Source: Octopus sinensis (Eukaryota). From it: a DNA stretch of 64,000 bases. The position numbers and the translations under genes are program-made. The notes under the pieces are model-generated. The model worked only from the letters and a program-made list of their open reading frames with translations. It did not search any database and had not been told where the DNA came from. Positions 63,676-64,000 of the stretch are shown one piece after another. Every line of letters starts with the position of its first letter. Within the stretch, counting starts at the first letter, position 1. The stretch lies in the NCBI RefSeq assembly GCF_006345805.1, contig NC_042999.1, positions 138,508,001-138,572,000 of the forward strand. Reading direction: 5' to 3'.

Positions 63676-63931
63676 TTCCAACCATTACCGACCATAGAGA
63701 GAACAGCAGAAACAAAGCCATCTGATGATAGAACGTTGAAGAATTCTTTGCTGTTATAAGTACGGAACATCGGTGGTACAAGACCCATAATCAGTGAGAA
63801 GAAGAGACCAATGAAAATAGAGTCTGAGGCATCTGGGATTTTTTCAACTTTTTCTATGATGACCCAGCTGATATGTAATGCAGTGAGATCAACCTTTTGA
63901 CACTCATCACCTTCCCATATTACACAACTCA
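63676..63931 (-). CDS. PHTF: PHTF orthologue, internal exon (upstream exons lie outside the window)
   Basis: Translates (V)SCVIWEGDECQKVDLTALHISWVIIEKVEK...LIMGLVPPMFR...GNGWK, resembling vertebrate PHTF1/2 [23 protein letters not shown]...LILGLTPFVFR. Acceptor ttacag, donor gtaagt; ends in phase 2. Confidence 0.93.
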
Positions 63932-64000
63932 CTGTAATTAAGAAGTAAGAAAATGATTGTCAAGGACATCTAAATCTTTGATTATTGAACTTCTTTATCA

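Overview
This is AT-rich eukaryotic genomic DNA dense in microsatellites and transposons. It is most likely from a coleoid cephalopod (Octopus), inferred from the SINE families and the (TA)n/(TACA)n/(TAA)n load. The only protein-coding gene I can support is the 3' part of a PHTF (putative homeodomain transcription factor 1/2) orthologue on the minus strand: seven GT-AG exons between 63931 and 53851 that splice into one open frame ending in TGA. The rest is repeat-derived: tRNA-headed SINEs (Nin/Deu-domain and CORE-like), Dong/R4 and RTE non-LTR remnants, a mariner fragment, hAT/piggyBac/pogo-type MITEs, Helitron/Helentron-type elements and many Penelope-like (PLE) pieces. The most interesting signals are: (1) short non-coding modules with PLE-type inverted plus partial-tandem architecture that each carry a hammerhead-ribozyme-like motif, one with a tRNA-derived Pol III head and some with non-canonical cores; (2) a stack of retroposons inserted in (TAA)n that share a 3' stem-loop/pseudoknot; (3) a tRNA-Glu/SINE-tail chimera; (4) a CpG-depletion boundary near 45 kb, about 8.5 kb past the PHTF stop. 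Most ORFs in the supplied track are microsatellite artefacts. All assignments are by eye; no searches or folding programs were run.
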